Below, piece by piece: positions 21,312 to 31,304 of a DNA stretch of 62,555 bases (its first letter is position 1; every line of letters starts with the position of its first letter). The notes beneath the pieces are model-generated. The model saw only the letters and a list, made by a program, of their open reading frames with translations, was not told where the DNA came from and searched no databases. Both the position numbers and the translations under genes were made by a program. Origin of the DNA: Planctomycetota bacterium (GTDB lineage: Bacteria; Planctomycetota; UBA1135; GCA-002748355); NCBI GenBank assembly GCA_002685965.1, contig NYZE01000144.1:1-62555 (forward strand), given 5' to 3'.

Positions 21312-22373
21312 ATGCGTAAACGCACCACAAGGCGCCAGTTCTTGTCAAATTCGGCTGCTGCCGCAGTAGCGCCCATTGCGGCGCCGCACATGATCGTGCG
21401 CAAGCGGGCCGGGCCCGTGGCGGTAGCGAGCGGCAATGGCAGTCGGGCGGTCGAGGTTGCGGTCGCGAAGATGACCGGCGGTTCGCTCCCCGTAGACGCG
21501 GCGGTCGCCGGCGTGAACCTCGTGGAGGACGATCCAAATGACACCAGCGTTGGCTACGGCGGGCTGCCGAATGCCGACGGCGTTGTCGAGCTCGATTCCT
21601 GCGTCATGGACGGGCCAACTCACTTGGCCGGTGCGGTGGCGGCGCTGCGCAATATCAAGAACCCGAGCCAGGTTGCCCTCAAGGTCATGCGCCGCACGGA
21701 CCACGTGCTGCTGGTCGGTGAAGGAGCCTTGCGGTTTGCGCGGGCGCACGGCTTCAAGGAAGAGGACCTGCTCACTGAACGGGCGCGCAAGCGTTGGCTG
21801 CGCTGGCAGGAGAGACTGAGCGAGCACGACGACTGGATCGAGCCCGGCGGCAACGCGCTGCCCAAGAAGAAGGCTGCGGGAGCGAAGCCGGACAAGGACA
21901 GGAAGGAAGAGCGCGACCCTGGGACCATTCACCTGTCGGCACTCGACGCGTCGGGTCGTCTCGGTGCCTGCACGACGACATCGGGACTGTCGTTCAAGAT
22001 TCCCGGTCGTGTCGGCGATTCACCGCTGATCGGTTGCGGTCTCTACGTCGACAACGACATCGGATCTGCCGGCGCCACCGGGCGTGGCGAGGCAGCGATT
22101 CTGGCCAATGGTTCGCACGGCGTGGTCGAGAACATGCGCCGCGGCATGGGGCCAGAAGAGGCCTGCCTCGAAGTGTTGCGCCGCGTGGATCACTACACTC
22201 GCATCCAGCGACTGCTCGATGACAAGGGTCGCCCGGCCTTCCAGCTCACGTTCTATGCGGTCAACAAGAACGGTGACTACGGCGCGGCTTCGATCTATCC
22301 GAGCCGGTTCGTCGTTTGCACGGGAGACGGAGCCCGGAAGAAGCGCACGCGGCCACTCTACGAGTCTCGCTAG
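21312..22373 (+). CDS. N4-(beta-N-acetylglucosaminyl)-L-asparaginase / asparaginase-2 family Ntn hydrolase, Tat-exported
   Basis: Tat motif TRRQFL, SVGYGGLPN, PG|TI autoprocessing site and GRVGDSP. Confidence 0.88.
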   Translation: MRKRTTRRQFLSNSAAAAVAPIAAPHMIVRKRAGPVAVASGNGSRAVEVAVAKMTGGSLPVDAAVAGVNLVEDDPNDTSVGYGGLPNADGVVELDSCVMDGPTHLAGAVAALRNIKNPSQVALKVMRRTDHVLLVGEGALRFARAHGFKEEDLLTERARKRWLRWQERLSEHDDWIEPGGNALPKKKAAGAKPDKDRKEERDPGTIHLSALDASGRLGACTTTSGLSFKIPGRVGDSPLIGCGLYVDNDIGSAGATGRGEAAILANGSHGVVENMRRGMGPEEACLEVLRRVDHYTRIQRLLDDKGRPAFQLTFYAVNKNGDYGAASIYPSRFVVCTGDGARKKRTRPLYESR

Positions 22374-22444
22374 TGCGGTGATCCCCCTTTTGGGAGGCTG
22401 GCTGCGCTAAAGGCACGTTCGCATAGGGTCGATGAGTCAGTGGC

Positions 22445-23587
22445 ATGGAGCGTTGGCTTCTACCCCTATGCGTCCTGGGCACAGCGATCGCGGCGACGTG
22501 GTCCTGGGTGCGTCGTTGGCGAGAGCACCGTCGCATGCCGGCGCTTCTGGAGCAGCTATCGGGCCGGGCGGTCCTGTTGTTCTCGAGTGCTGGCAAGCTG
22601 GTCGACATGGGCCCCCGGGCCCGCCAGGTACTCGATTTGGCGGGTCGGGTCGATCGCATCACGGCGAGTGACCTGCCGCTCGAGGGCCTCGACCTGATGC
22701 TGTCGGCCGAAGTGGCACCGGACCTCGAAGCGACCTGGCCCTGTGGCCCATTGCTCCTCCACCGCGGTCGTGCCGCGCCGACGCCAGTGCGCGGCGAGTT
22801 CGTACCGATGCTCCCAGGGCGGCGGGGCCTGCCGGCCTGGTTCACCTTCGAAGTGCCCGACATCCTCGACACTGAGCCGAGCGAAGTTGTGGAGGAGGCT
22901 GGCTCCCTCGATGGCGTCCGCGTGTTGGCTGCCGAAGACAGTCCGGACAACCAGCTCCTGATCAGCTACTTCCTCCAGGGCGAGGGCGCTCAACTCGTGC
23001 TCGTCGAGAACGGCCAGGAAGCGATCGACCGTGCCCGCGCGCAGTTTTTCGACGTCGTGCTCCTCGACATGCAAATGCCGATCGTCGACGGCTTTGAAGC
23101 AGCTAGTCGCATCCGTCAGCTTCACTCGAACCTGCCGATCGTTGCCCTGACCGCGAACACGGGAGACGAGGCCGAGCGGCAATGCCTCGAAGCAGGCTGT
23201 AGTCACTTCATGACGAAGCCGATCAACCGCCGGCTGCTCGTGGAGTTGGTCAGCGAGCTGGTAGTGACCGCGCGTGCGGCGGACACGATCAGCGGCGGTG
23301 ACTTCGACGCGGAGTTGGCCGCCGACCCCGAGTTCCAGCTGATGATCGCGGACTTCGTCGACGACCTGGATGTTCGCGTGCGGCTCATGCATCAAGCGTT
23401 GGAGCGGGGTGATTGGGACGAGTTGGAGGGACTCGCGCACAAGCTCAAGGGCGCGGCTGGTAGCTTCGGCCTGCCCCAGATCTCCAACGTGTCGTCCGAA
23501 CTCGAGACCTGCGCCAAGGACCGCGAGGAGCGGGCGCCGGGGATCTTGAAGCGCCTCGGCGATCTGGTCGCGACGGCGACCGCCTAG
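22445..23587 (+). CDS. Membrane-anchored receiver + HPt domain signalling protein
   Basis: N-terminal TM helix, PAS-like segment, REC domain (AEDSPDN, LLDMQMP, ALTAN, MTKP) and HPt (AHKLKGAAG). Confidence 0.85.
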   Translation: MERWLLPLCVLGTAIAATWSWVRRWREHRRMPALLEQLSGRAVLLFSSAGKLVDMGPRARQVLDLAGRVDRITASDLPLEGLDLMLSAEVAPDLEATWPCGPLLLHRGRAAPTPVRGEFVPMLPGRRGLPAWFTFEVPDILDTEPSEVVEEAGSLDGVRVLAAEDSPDNQLLISYFLQGEGAQLVLVENGQEAIDRARAQFFDVVLLDMQMPIVDGFEAASRIRQLHSNLPIVALTANTGDEAERQCLEAGCSHFMTKPINRRLLVELVSELVVTARAADTISGGDFDAELAADPEFQLMIADFVDDLDVRVRLMHQALERGDWDELEGLAHKLKGAAGSFGLPQISNVSSELETCAKDREERAPGILKRLGDLVATATA

Positions 23588-23666
23588 AATCCGACCGGAG
23601 CCTCTGGGGCCGGAAGCGGAATCGTCGGCAGCTCGGTGAGCGACCCTTACAACCCGCGCGCCGGTG

Positions 23667-26600
23667 TTACTCCGAAACCCGGATCCGTCGCGACTCGGCG
23701 TTGTCGATCGCTTGGCAGTGGTCGAGGAAGGCCTTGTAGGTTCCGGGCGTGATTCGACCCGGGCGCAGGATTGAGACTCGTCGCACGCGCAGCAGGTTGC
23801 CGATGCGTCCGTAGCTGAGCCCGTAATCGAAGATCGACTTGCGCACGAAGAGCCCCTTCGGCAGCTCCGCGAAGCGCAGCTTGCCCGGATCGATCACGAC
23901 TTCCCAGTCGGTCACAGCCCATTGGGTCCAGTCGAGTGAGTGGTTGCGGTCGCCACGGCCACCGAAGCGCCGTGTCAGCATGCTCGGCTGAAGCACGGGC
24001 GGCAGCAGCAGCGTCTGGCCCGAGCGGCGTACGAAGCGTGGATGATCGAGGCGCAAGAGCAGGGTCAGCGGCTGGGACTTCTTGTCCAGATCAAGAACCT
24101 TGACGCTACGCAGGGTGAAACCGCGGAACAGTGACGACGCGATTTGACGACCGACGAGTTGGCGTCGGTTCGCATTCATCGAGGCAACGAACTCCTTGAG
24201 CGTGAAGCCGCGAGCGTCCGGGAACGTGATGCGAGCGTCCATTGTCGCGCGATCGTCGTGCACGGTCAGTCGTCCGCGCACTCGGGCATCGGCGAGCTCA
24301 GTCGGCTCCTGGCCGGCCAGGCGGCCCGGCACACCGGTCTCACCTTCTAGCAAGAGGTACGGACATCCGGCGGTCGGATTGCCATTCAGCGAGTTTGCAG
24401 CCGGTAGTCGCGCGAATGGGTAGTGACGCGGCGTCCTCTGCACGATCCAGAAATGTGCACCGTTCTTGGGGTGGACTCGGGCACCGCGCAGACCGAAGTA
24501 GGCTCCCGGGTTCAGGAACGGCTCGTTGTCACGTTCGGCCTCGGGTGGAATCGGATGGATCACCGCTGGCATCCAGCGGATCCCGGCCGCCCGCAACAGC
24601 GCCAGTTGCAGCATGAAGCGGTCGCCTTCTTGCTTGAGCAGCACGCTGACCGGATACGGCGACCCGGGACGACGTGAGTTGTCCGGCGTGTGCGAGTGAC
24701 AGAACTCGTGAATCGCCCGCGCCTTGGCCACGTCGCCCGTCAGCCCGGCGACCAACTGCTCGGCCTTCTGGCGCACCTCGAGATAGGGATGAGTGTAGTG
24801 CGCGAAGCCATACTTCTGCGCGCGCACGAATGCCGCCATTCCCGGAGCGCGCCCGTAGGTTACCCACGGCGCCAGCTCTTCGAGAGCGGGCATGCCGGCC
24901 TCGCTACCGAGCTTGGGCATGTTCTCCCGTTTGAACTCCCAAGCCGTCAAGTCCCCGAGGTCGTGCTCGGTGACGTGCGATTTCGAGAAGTTGCGCAGCA
25001 CGAAGTCGCCGAAGCGCGCATCCTTGAAACGAGCCGACTTCGGCATGATCACGACCAAGCGCGTGAAGCGGAACGGGCGATCGAGTCCACGGAAGTAGAA
25101 GCGAACGAAGTCGATCGGCGATGCGCCGGCACTGCTCTTGTAGGTACGGTAGCGCTCCTCGACGAACACGCCGGGGGCCAAGCGCGGCATGCTGAAGTTG
25201 TCGTCGACGCGATGCGGTGCGAACCAGCTGCCGTCCGGAAGAATCGTGCGCAGCTCGAGTAGCTCGTCCGCGTCCGCGGAGGCGTCGGCTTGCTCCGAAG
25301 CTTCGATTCCGCGGCGGTCATTGATGCGCTTGAGGACGTGCGTCTCTTCCATCTGCGAGCCGTCGTCGTAAACCCGGATGATCATCTGATCCAACGCCAG
25401 CGTGACCGGCGCAGCGTCGTCTTCGGGACGCTTGGTGTAGGCGGCTACAGCTGCCATCGCGTCGAGTTGGAAACGCTTGCACTCAGCGAATTCCGAGCCA
25501 CCCGCCGATCGCAGAACCCACGAGCGCAGCACGTGCTGCTCGGGTCTGCTCGCCAGCGAGCGTCGGTACTCCGCCAACGCTTCGTCCTTCTTGCCGGCCA
25601 GCCACCACAAGCCGCCGAGGCGCTTGGCCAGTCCGGCATCTTCCGGCTGTTTTTCGGCGAGTGGCGCGAGCTCGCTCGCGGCTTTTTTGAAGTCGCCGGC
25701 GCCTTCGAAAAAGGAACTGAGTGCGCGCACGGCAGCGGGGCTCTTCGGGTCCGCCTTGTGGATTTCCTGGACGAGGGTCGAGTGCCGTTCGCGCTTACCG
25801 AGCTTGCGCGCCAGTGACGAGGCCCGCACCAACAGATCGCGGCGCAGGGGTGACTCGGCCAGGGCAGCGTCGACTCGCGCCAGCGCTTGTGCTGGATTCC
25901 CCTCCTGATCCTCGAGTCGAGCGAGCGCCAACACGTACCTTGCGTGGCGCGGTGCCAGAGTCACCAGGCGTTCGAGCGCACGCCGGGCATCGCCCGACCA
26001 ACGCATGCGACGCAGTAGGTCGTACTTTTTGTTCAGCGTCGGAACCTCGTTCGGGTGCTTGCCCAGTCTCGCGTCGAGTGCGCGTAACGCATCCTCACGT
26101 TTGTCGTCGGCGAACAAGCGGTCCACGCGTGCGAGGAAGAGGTGGCGGTGCTCCGTCTCTCCGGTCTGCTCGATAATGCGGCGCAGTTCAGTGCGCAGAA
26201 GATCGCTCGGAACATGCCGTGCAACGCGAACCGTTTCCAGGCAAGCCGCGCGCACGGTGGGGTCCTTGCCGCCTGCTGCCAGGGCTTTGCGCGCCAGCGC
26301 GAGGGCGACGTCAGTGCGTGTCTGCCGTGCTTCGAGGTTGGCGAGCAGCGCCATGACCGCGGGCTTGTTTCTCTCCGTTTTTCTGTGACTGCGAATCCAG
26401 TCCTCCGCGAGCTGAAACGCGGGCACCGTCACCTCGGCTTCCTTGGCCGGGGCGATCGCATGAATGTGCTTCTTGGATTCGACCTCGAGGCCGTTCTCGA
26501 CACCACTGAGCGCGTTGCCCTTGGCGTCGACGATGCGCAGCGAGAAGGTCGACACGTTAGAAGACGTGGTTTTCAGCAGGTAGCTGTTCCAGCCCGGGCG

Positions 26601-27374
26601 AAGCGTCACTGGCCAGAACAGCGTCATCGGTTGCCGGTGTGTGAAGCGATTGACCGACGACACTCGCTTGCCGTTCCACCACGCCTCGTAGGAGCCAGCG
26701 CAATACACCTGCAGCCATGCTGGCTGTTGAGCCGGACTCTTCACCTGCACGAGGCCGTAATGACAACCCTGGCTGCGCTCCGCGCCGCGGTCCGGGGACA
26801 GATCGAGTCTCGAACTCGTCGGGCGTCGCTCGACGAGCCGCCACGTCTCATTGCTGAAGCGTCCGCGCCACGTTGCCGCGAGTGCCGCAACCTCTCGCTC
26901 GGGTGGGTAGCCAACGCCGTGAAAGAGACCGCCCTCGTCGCCAAACGGACCGATCGCCAGGGCATGGCGCACGTACTCGCCGCGCGGCGAGAGCCGGTCC
27001 GAGGCCTGTCGATCGCCACCGTCGAGAAGCCGCTGGGTCAGCGCGGCGCGTAGAGCGTGGCGAGCCAATCCGTGCAGGCCCTTGGTCTCGATCCGCCCGG
27101 TGATCTGCTTCCAGACGCTGGGTGGACTCTCGGCACGCATGGCAAGTGCGACCCAGCGGCCCGCTAGCACCGCGGCCAGCGGCGACGTCGCGATGTCGCC
27201 GAGCGCCTTGTCGATGCGCCTGAACAGGGCCTCGTGGTCGAAGTCCGCCGGATACGATGCGTCGAGCACAGTGCGTGCGATCGTCTCGAGGTCGCCGCGC
27301 TGCGGCTTGGCCTGGCCGGTCAGCGGTGGCAAGAACAGTAGTGACAGCGTGAGTGCCGGGAGCAGGCGCATCAC
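23667..27374 (-). CDS. Large secreted TPR + DUF3857 + degenerate transglutaminase-like protein
   Basis: Signal peptide, IGPF...LRPGWN beta-domain, TPRs and DUF3857-like region (IRVYDDGS...MPRLAPG). EGDRF where the paralogue has GDCKD. Confidence 0.75.
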   Translation of the reverse strand: MMRLLPALTLSLLFLPPLTGQAKPQRGDLETIARTVLDASYPADFDHEALFRRIDKALGDIATSPLAAVLAGRWVALAMRAESPPSVWKQITGRIETKGLHGLARHALRAALTQRLLDGGDRQASDRLSPRGEYVRHALAIGPFGDEGGLFHGVGYPPEREVAALAATWRGRFSNETWRLVERRPTSSRLDLSPDRGAERSQGCHYGLVQVKSPAQQPAWLQVYCAGSYEAWWNGKRVSSVNRFTHRQPMTLFWPVTLRPGWNSYLLKTTSSNVSTFSLRIVDAKGNALSGVENGLEVESKKHIHAIAPAKEAEVTVPAFQLAEDWIRSHRKTERNKPAVMALLANLEARQTRTDVALALARKALAAGGKDPTVRAACLETVRVARHVPSDLLRTELRRIIEQTGETEHRHLFLARVDRLFADDKREDALRALDARLGKHPNEVPTLNKKYDLLRRMRWSGDARRALERLVTLAPRHARYVLALARLEDQEGNPAQALARVDAALAESPLRRDLLVRASSLARKLGKRERHSTLVQEIHKADPKSPAAVRALSSFFEGAGDFKKAASELAPLAEKQPEDAGLAKRLGGLWWLAGKKDEALAEYRRSLASRPEQHVLRSWVLRSAGGSEFAECKRFQLDAMAAVAAYTKRPEDDAAPVTLALDQMIIRVYDDGSQMEETHVLKRINDRRGIEASEQADASADADELLELRTILPDGSWFAPHRVDDNFSMPRLAPGVFVEERYRTYKSSAGASPIDFVRFYFRGLDRPFRFTRLVVIMPKSARFKDARFGDFVLRNFSKSHVTEHDLGDLTAWEFKRENMPKLGSEAGMPALEELAPWVTYGRAPGMAAFVRAQKYGFAHYTHPYLEVRQKAEQLVAGLTGDVAKARAIHEFCHSHTPDNSRRPGSPYPVSVLLKQEGDRFMLQLALLRAAGIRWMPAVIHPIPPEAERDNEPFLNPGAYFGLRGARVHPKNGAHFWIVQRTPRHYPFARLPAANSLNGNPTAGCPYLLLEGETGVPGRLAGQEPTELADARVRGRLTVHDDRATMDARITFPDARGFTLKEFVASMNANRRQLVGRQIASSLFRGFTLRSVKVLDLDKKSQPLTLLLRLDHPRFVRRSGQTLLLPPVLQPSMLTRRFGGRGDRNHSLDWTQWAVTDWEVVIDPGKLRFAELPKGLFVRKSIFDYGLSYGRIGNLLRVRRVSILRPGRITPGTYKAFLDHCQAIDNAESRRIRVSE

Positions 27375-30300
27375 TTGCCCACCTTCTTGGGCTTCAGTTC
27401 GACCTCCGTCGCCTCGGCGCGATCGATCGATTCGGTCAGCTGTTTGAAGTCCGCGTAGTGCGACGCCTCGATGCGCTGTCGCTTGAGTTCGCGCAGCCTG
27501 TGGATCGTCACCTTTCTCCCGTCGCGGCGCACCGACATGCGGAACGAGCCGAGCGAAGAGTTGACTTCAACGCCATCCGGCAGCGAGCCCCATGCCCATC
27601 CCTCCGGTGCCTCGTACTCGACCGTGACGTCGCGCGATGTAGGCGTCTGTAGCAGGATGTCGTAGATGCGTCGTTCGGCTGGCGTCAACCGTGACAACTG
27701 GTCCGGCTGGAACGCGGTGCGCACGCGCAGCTTGCCGGCATCGGCGGCTGCGAAGTTCTTGACCTTGAACTTCACGTTGTAGGCAACCGCGGCGCGATGG
27801 TCCGCCAGGTCGGAGAACTGCATGTCGAGAATCTCCACCTTGCCGAACTTCTTGCCGAGCGAGTCGCTGAGCCGCTCTCGGCGTCGCCCGGGTTCGTTGC
27901 CGTAGCGTTTGCGGATACTCGGTGCGAAGTTGAGGTGGGGGCGGTGCTGCATTTCGACCAGCGCGTCGCCGTCGGATTGCAACTGGATCCGAAAGCGGAG
28001 CTCGTCACGGTTCACCTGCGCGAGGGTCCACGGGATCTTCATGATCTCGCCGGACTTTGCGGTGACCGTGAGCACACTCGCGCCACGGTCCATCGTCGGC
28101 AGCGTATCGATGGGGTGGTACTCGGCAGTGCCGTCGACGAACCGCGCCGGGAGTCCCTTCTGTGCCGGGATGTAACTGATGCAATGGTTGAAGTGCTCGA
28201 CCATAGGCAGCGTCAAGTCATCGCGTTCGCGAGCGTTGTCGGCCCTGATCAACACCGGGAAGGCTTCGACGCCGATCTCGGCCAGCATCGCGTTCGTGAG
28301 GATTGCCTTGTCCTTACAGTCGCCGTGGCGACGAGCGAAGATCGAGCCAACGGAGTACGGCTTGTAGCCGTGCACGCCGAACTCCCATGCCTTGTAACGG
28401 ATGTCGGTGACGACAAAGTCGTAGATGCGCTGCACCTTCTCTTCGAGCGAGCTGGCGCCAGCAATGAGTTCCTGGACCTTGGCCTTGATCTCGGGTGTGG
28501 CGATCGTCTGCTTGCGGATCAAGTTCCACCACCAACTCGAGAACTGGTCCCACGTCGCATAGGTGCTGACGCGCAGCAATGGCCCGCGTTCGATCGGCGA
28601 CGGGGCCCGCTCTTCCATGTTCGACCGCGCCAAACCGGTCATTTCGTAGAGCCGGTACTCGGCTCCGTCATCGAGCTTGGCGATCTTGGGTTCAGGCACG
28701 GCGCCTGTCTTCTGGAAGTGATAGGTCCGTCCCGGTTCGAGGATCAAGTCGAGTCGTGAGCGACGCACCGGCACGAGGTCATTGCTCGGGAACAGGTGTT
28801 GCAGGCCGAAGTAGTCCCCGAAGAAAGAGCGCGACCGATCGTCGACCCGCGCTTTGACCTCGACGCAGTCACCCTTCTTGATCGGGGGCAGATCGACCCG
28901 CCAGCTGCGCCCGAGGTGCGCCCGCACCTTGGTGCCGTCGGGGCGGATGACCTTGGCTTCGAGAATGCGTGCCGTCTGGTCGCCGCGGTAGAACTGCGGG
29001 CGATACGTGTCGAACAGGTTGGCGCCCTCTTCGGAGAGCACCCTCACGAGGAAGTGGTCGTAGCGGCTCGTGGTGCCATCGCGGTAGGCCCGGATCAAGA
29101 CGTGACGGAACAGGTAGTAGTGCGAGTCACCTTTCTCGGCTGCGTCGGCGTCGGCGCCCTTGTCGCTCGTGAGCGCGGCGTCGGTGTCGATCTCGTAGCC
29201 CTCGTAGAAGCTCGTCGCTCCTGCTTGTAGATACTCGAGGCGTCGCTTCGGGTCCTTTAGATTGGGGTTAAGGGCCACGGCTCGCTCGAGGTGAGCGATG
29301 ACCAGGTCACGCTTGTCGGCGCGCGCTGCGAGCTCCGCTAGCGACAACCAGGCTCTCTCGTCTTCCGGGCAGATCTCAAGCCACTCGTCCCAGGTGCGCG
29401 CCGACGCGGCGAGGTCGCCAGTCGCGGTAGCCAGCCGTGCGATGGTCTCGTAGACCAGCCGTTGCTGCGGGAAGTCGCGCAAGGCCAGCTGGGCGGTTGC
29501 CATTGCTGTCTTGGCGTCGCCGCTGCGCATCTGTAGACGTGCCAGGTTGACCAGGCTTCGCCAGCGGTAGTCTGTCGCGAGCAGTTTCTTCTGCACGTCG
29601 ATCATGGCGCGGATATCGCTGCGCTTGCTCAGCACGTCGAGCGCGGCGCCCATGATGCCCGGATGCGTGCCGAGATCGGGGTTAGCGAAGAACTCCATCG
29701 CAGCCTGTGTCCTACCGGAGTCGAAGCCGCGCGCCTGCAAGAGCGCTAACTGCTCGAGCTTGGCGAACACGAAACTCGGATTGACTGCGAGCGAGCGTCG
29801 CACCCACTCTTCGGCCTTGGCTAGGTTGCCGCGAGACAATCGCTCGAGGCCGGCCAGCGCGCGCATCGCCTCGGCGCAGCGCGGCCAGGCGCGAACGGCA
29901 TCGAGATAGGCCTGCATACGTGCGTTCTCGTCGCGGTCGGCGGCCGAGCCGCCGCGCTTGACCAGCGTGAACGCGAGCAGATAGTGCGCAGCGCCAAAGT
30001 CCGGTAGCAGTTCGACGGCTACCTTGGCCCACTTCTTGTCGCGACGGGTCGCGTCATCGTCCTCCGCGCGGAGCGCCAACAGGTAGGCGAGCCGAAAAGC
30101 GTGCATGCCGAGCTGGTGTGCGGTGGCCGAGTCTCTGTTGGGGAGTTTTGTAGCGCCTTCGAGTGATGCCAGGCGTCGCGTTAGCCAGCTGATCGCACCG
30201 AGTCTCGGCGCTGCGGCGCGCGCGGCATCGCCCTCCAGCTTGCGGCGTCCTGCCGCGGTGACTTGAGCCGGGTCGGCGCTGACCTGGACGCGGGCTGGAA

Positions 30301-31195
30301 GAGGGCTTCCATCGGGCGTGGTCAGTCGCATCCGTGTCGCGAATGCGCCTTGCTGGGCGCAGACCTTGACGCACACGAGGTTCTTGCCGGGCCGGAGTCG
30401 GAACGTGCAAATGTCCTGGTCGAAACCGAGCGGCCTACGCTGACAGTCACGGCGCAGCGTTTCCTCGCCGTTCACGTGAACGACGAGGCTGCCGGTGCTT
30501 GCCAGCCTCAGGCAAGCATCGCGTGCGATCTCGGAGGACACGGAGAACACCGCATAGGCGAGCACTTGGGTCGCGGGGCGAAGCCGTGCACCGAGGTTGA
30601 GCTCGTGCAGCGGGACACCCAGGAGCTGAACCCGGCGCCACTCGACGCGCCGCTTCTTCCCGTCGAGCGGCGTAGTCAGGTCGAGCGGTTGCTTCGGCGC
30701 GAGCTCGGGGGCCGATTCGTTGCGAAAGCCCGAGCCACGCTCGTTGTCGAGCGGGCCGATCACTTGAAAGTCACTGACGTAGCCGAGCCGAACCATGACC
30801 TCGGACGCTTCACGCGCCCGGCCCGCGGAAAGCAGGTGGTTCGCGGTCAGATGGTCGACCCAGCCGCGCAGCACGTGGTTCGTGGCGAGCGATGGCAGCT
30901 TGCGCAGTCGTTTCGTCAGCTCGACGAAGCCGCCGTGGTAAGGGATCTTGGTCGCCAGGTTGGACGATAAGTGCAGCAGGAATGCGGCACGGGCGTGCGT
31001 GGCCTGCGTGATCGCCGGTGCACCGAGCAGCTCCTCGACTGCGGTCGCCGCCTTACCGAAGCTTGCCCGATAGCGCCCCGCCGCTTTGAGGTCCAAAGCC
31101 TCGCGTTCGGCGGCCAGACCCAGTTCGACGGCAGGCGGGCCGGCTTGCGCGATGAGCAGGAGCGAGGTGATAGAGAACGAGGTCAGACAGGTCAT
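27371..31195 (-). CDS. Large secreted TPR + DUF3857 + transglutaminase-like protein (catalytic triad intact)
   Basis: Signal peptide, IGPLDNERG...LRPGKN domain, TPRs, IRYKAWEFG, GDCKDKA, FNHCI and VDGT; stop overlaps the next start (ATGA). Confidence 0.85.
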   Translation of the reverse strand: MTCLTSFSITSLLLIAQAGPPAVELGLAAEREALDLKAAGRYRASFGKAATAVEELLGAPAITQATHARAAFLLHLSSNLATKIPYHGGFVELTKRLRKLPSLATNHVLRGWVDHLTANHLLSAGRAREASEVMVRLGYVSDFQVIGPLDNERGSGFRNESAPELAPKQPLDLTTPLDGKKRRVEWRRVQLLGVPLHELNLGARLRPATQVLAYAVFSVSSEIARDACLRLASTGSLVVHVNGEETLRRDCQRRPLGFDQDICTFRLRPGKNLVCVKVCAQQGAFATRMRLTTPDGSPLPARVQVSADPAQVTAAGRRKLEGDAARAAAPRLGAISWLTRRLASLEGATKLPNRDSATAHQLGMHAFRLAYLLALRAEDDDATRRDKKWAKVAVELLPDFGAAHYLLAFTLVKRGGSAADRDENARMQAYLDAVRAWPRCAEAMRALAGLERLSRGNLAKAEEWVRRSLAVNPSFVFAKLEQLALLQARGFDSGRTQAAMEFFANPDLGTHPGIMGAALDVLSKRSDIRAMIDVQKKLLATDYRWRSLVNLARLQMRSGDAKTAMATAQLALRDFPQQRLVYETIARLATATGDLAASARTWDEWLEICPEDERAWLSLAELAARADKRDLVIAHLERAVALNPNLKDPKRRLEYLQAGATSFYEGYEIDTDAALTSDKGADADAAEKGDSHYYLFRHVLIRAYRDGTTSRYDHFLVRVLSEEGANLFDTYRPQFYRGDQTARILEAKVIRPDGTKVRAHLGRSWRVDLPPIKKGDCVEVKARVDDRSRSFFGDYFGLQHLFPSNDLVPVRRSRLDLILEPGRTYHFQKTGAVPEPKIAKLDDGAEYRLYEMTGLARSNMEERAPSPIERGPLLRVSTYATWDQFSSWWWNLIRKQTIATPEIKAKVQELIAGASSLEEKVQRIYDFVVTDIRYKAWEFGVHGYKPYSVGSIFARRHGDCKDKAILTNAMLAEIGVEAFPVLIRADNARERDDLTLPMVEHFNHCISYIPAQKGLPARFVDGTAEYHPIDTLPTMDRGASVLTVTAKSGEIMKIPWTLAQVNRDELRFRIQLQSDGDALVEMQHRPHLNFAPSIRKRYGNEPGRRRERLSDSLGKKFGKVEILDMQFSDLADHRAAVAYNVKFKVKNFAAADAGKLRVRTAFQPDQLSRLTPAERRIYDILLQTPTSRDVTVEYEAPEGWAWGSLPDGVEVNSSLGSFRMSVRRDGRKVTIHRLRELKRQRIEASHYADFKQLTESIDRAEATEVELKPKKVGK

Positions 31196-31304
31196 GAAAG
31201 CCCTTTGCGTGGCCCGGCAAGAGTTGCCGCTGACAGAGTGGGAGCGAGTTGTTGTACTCGTGGAGGCTCTTGAACGCTACGCGGCTCGGCTACACTGGTG
31301 CGGA

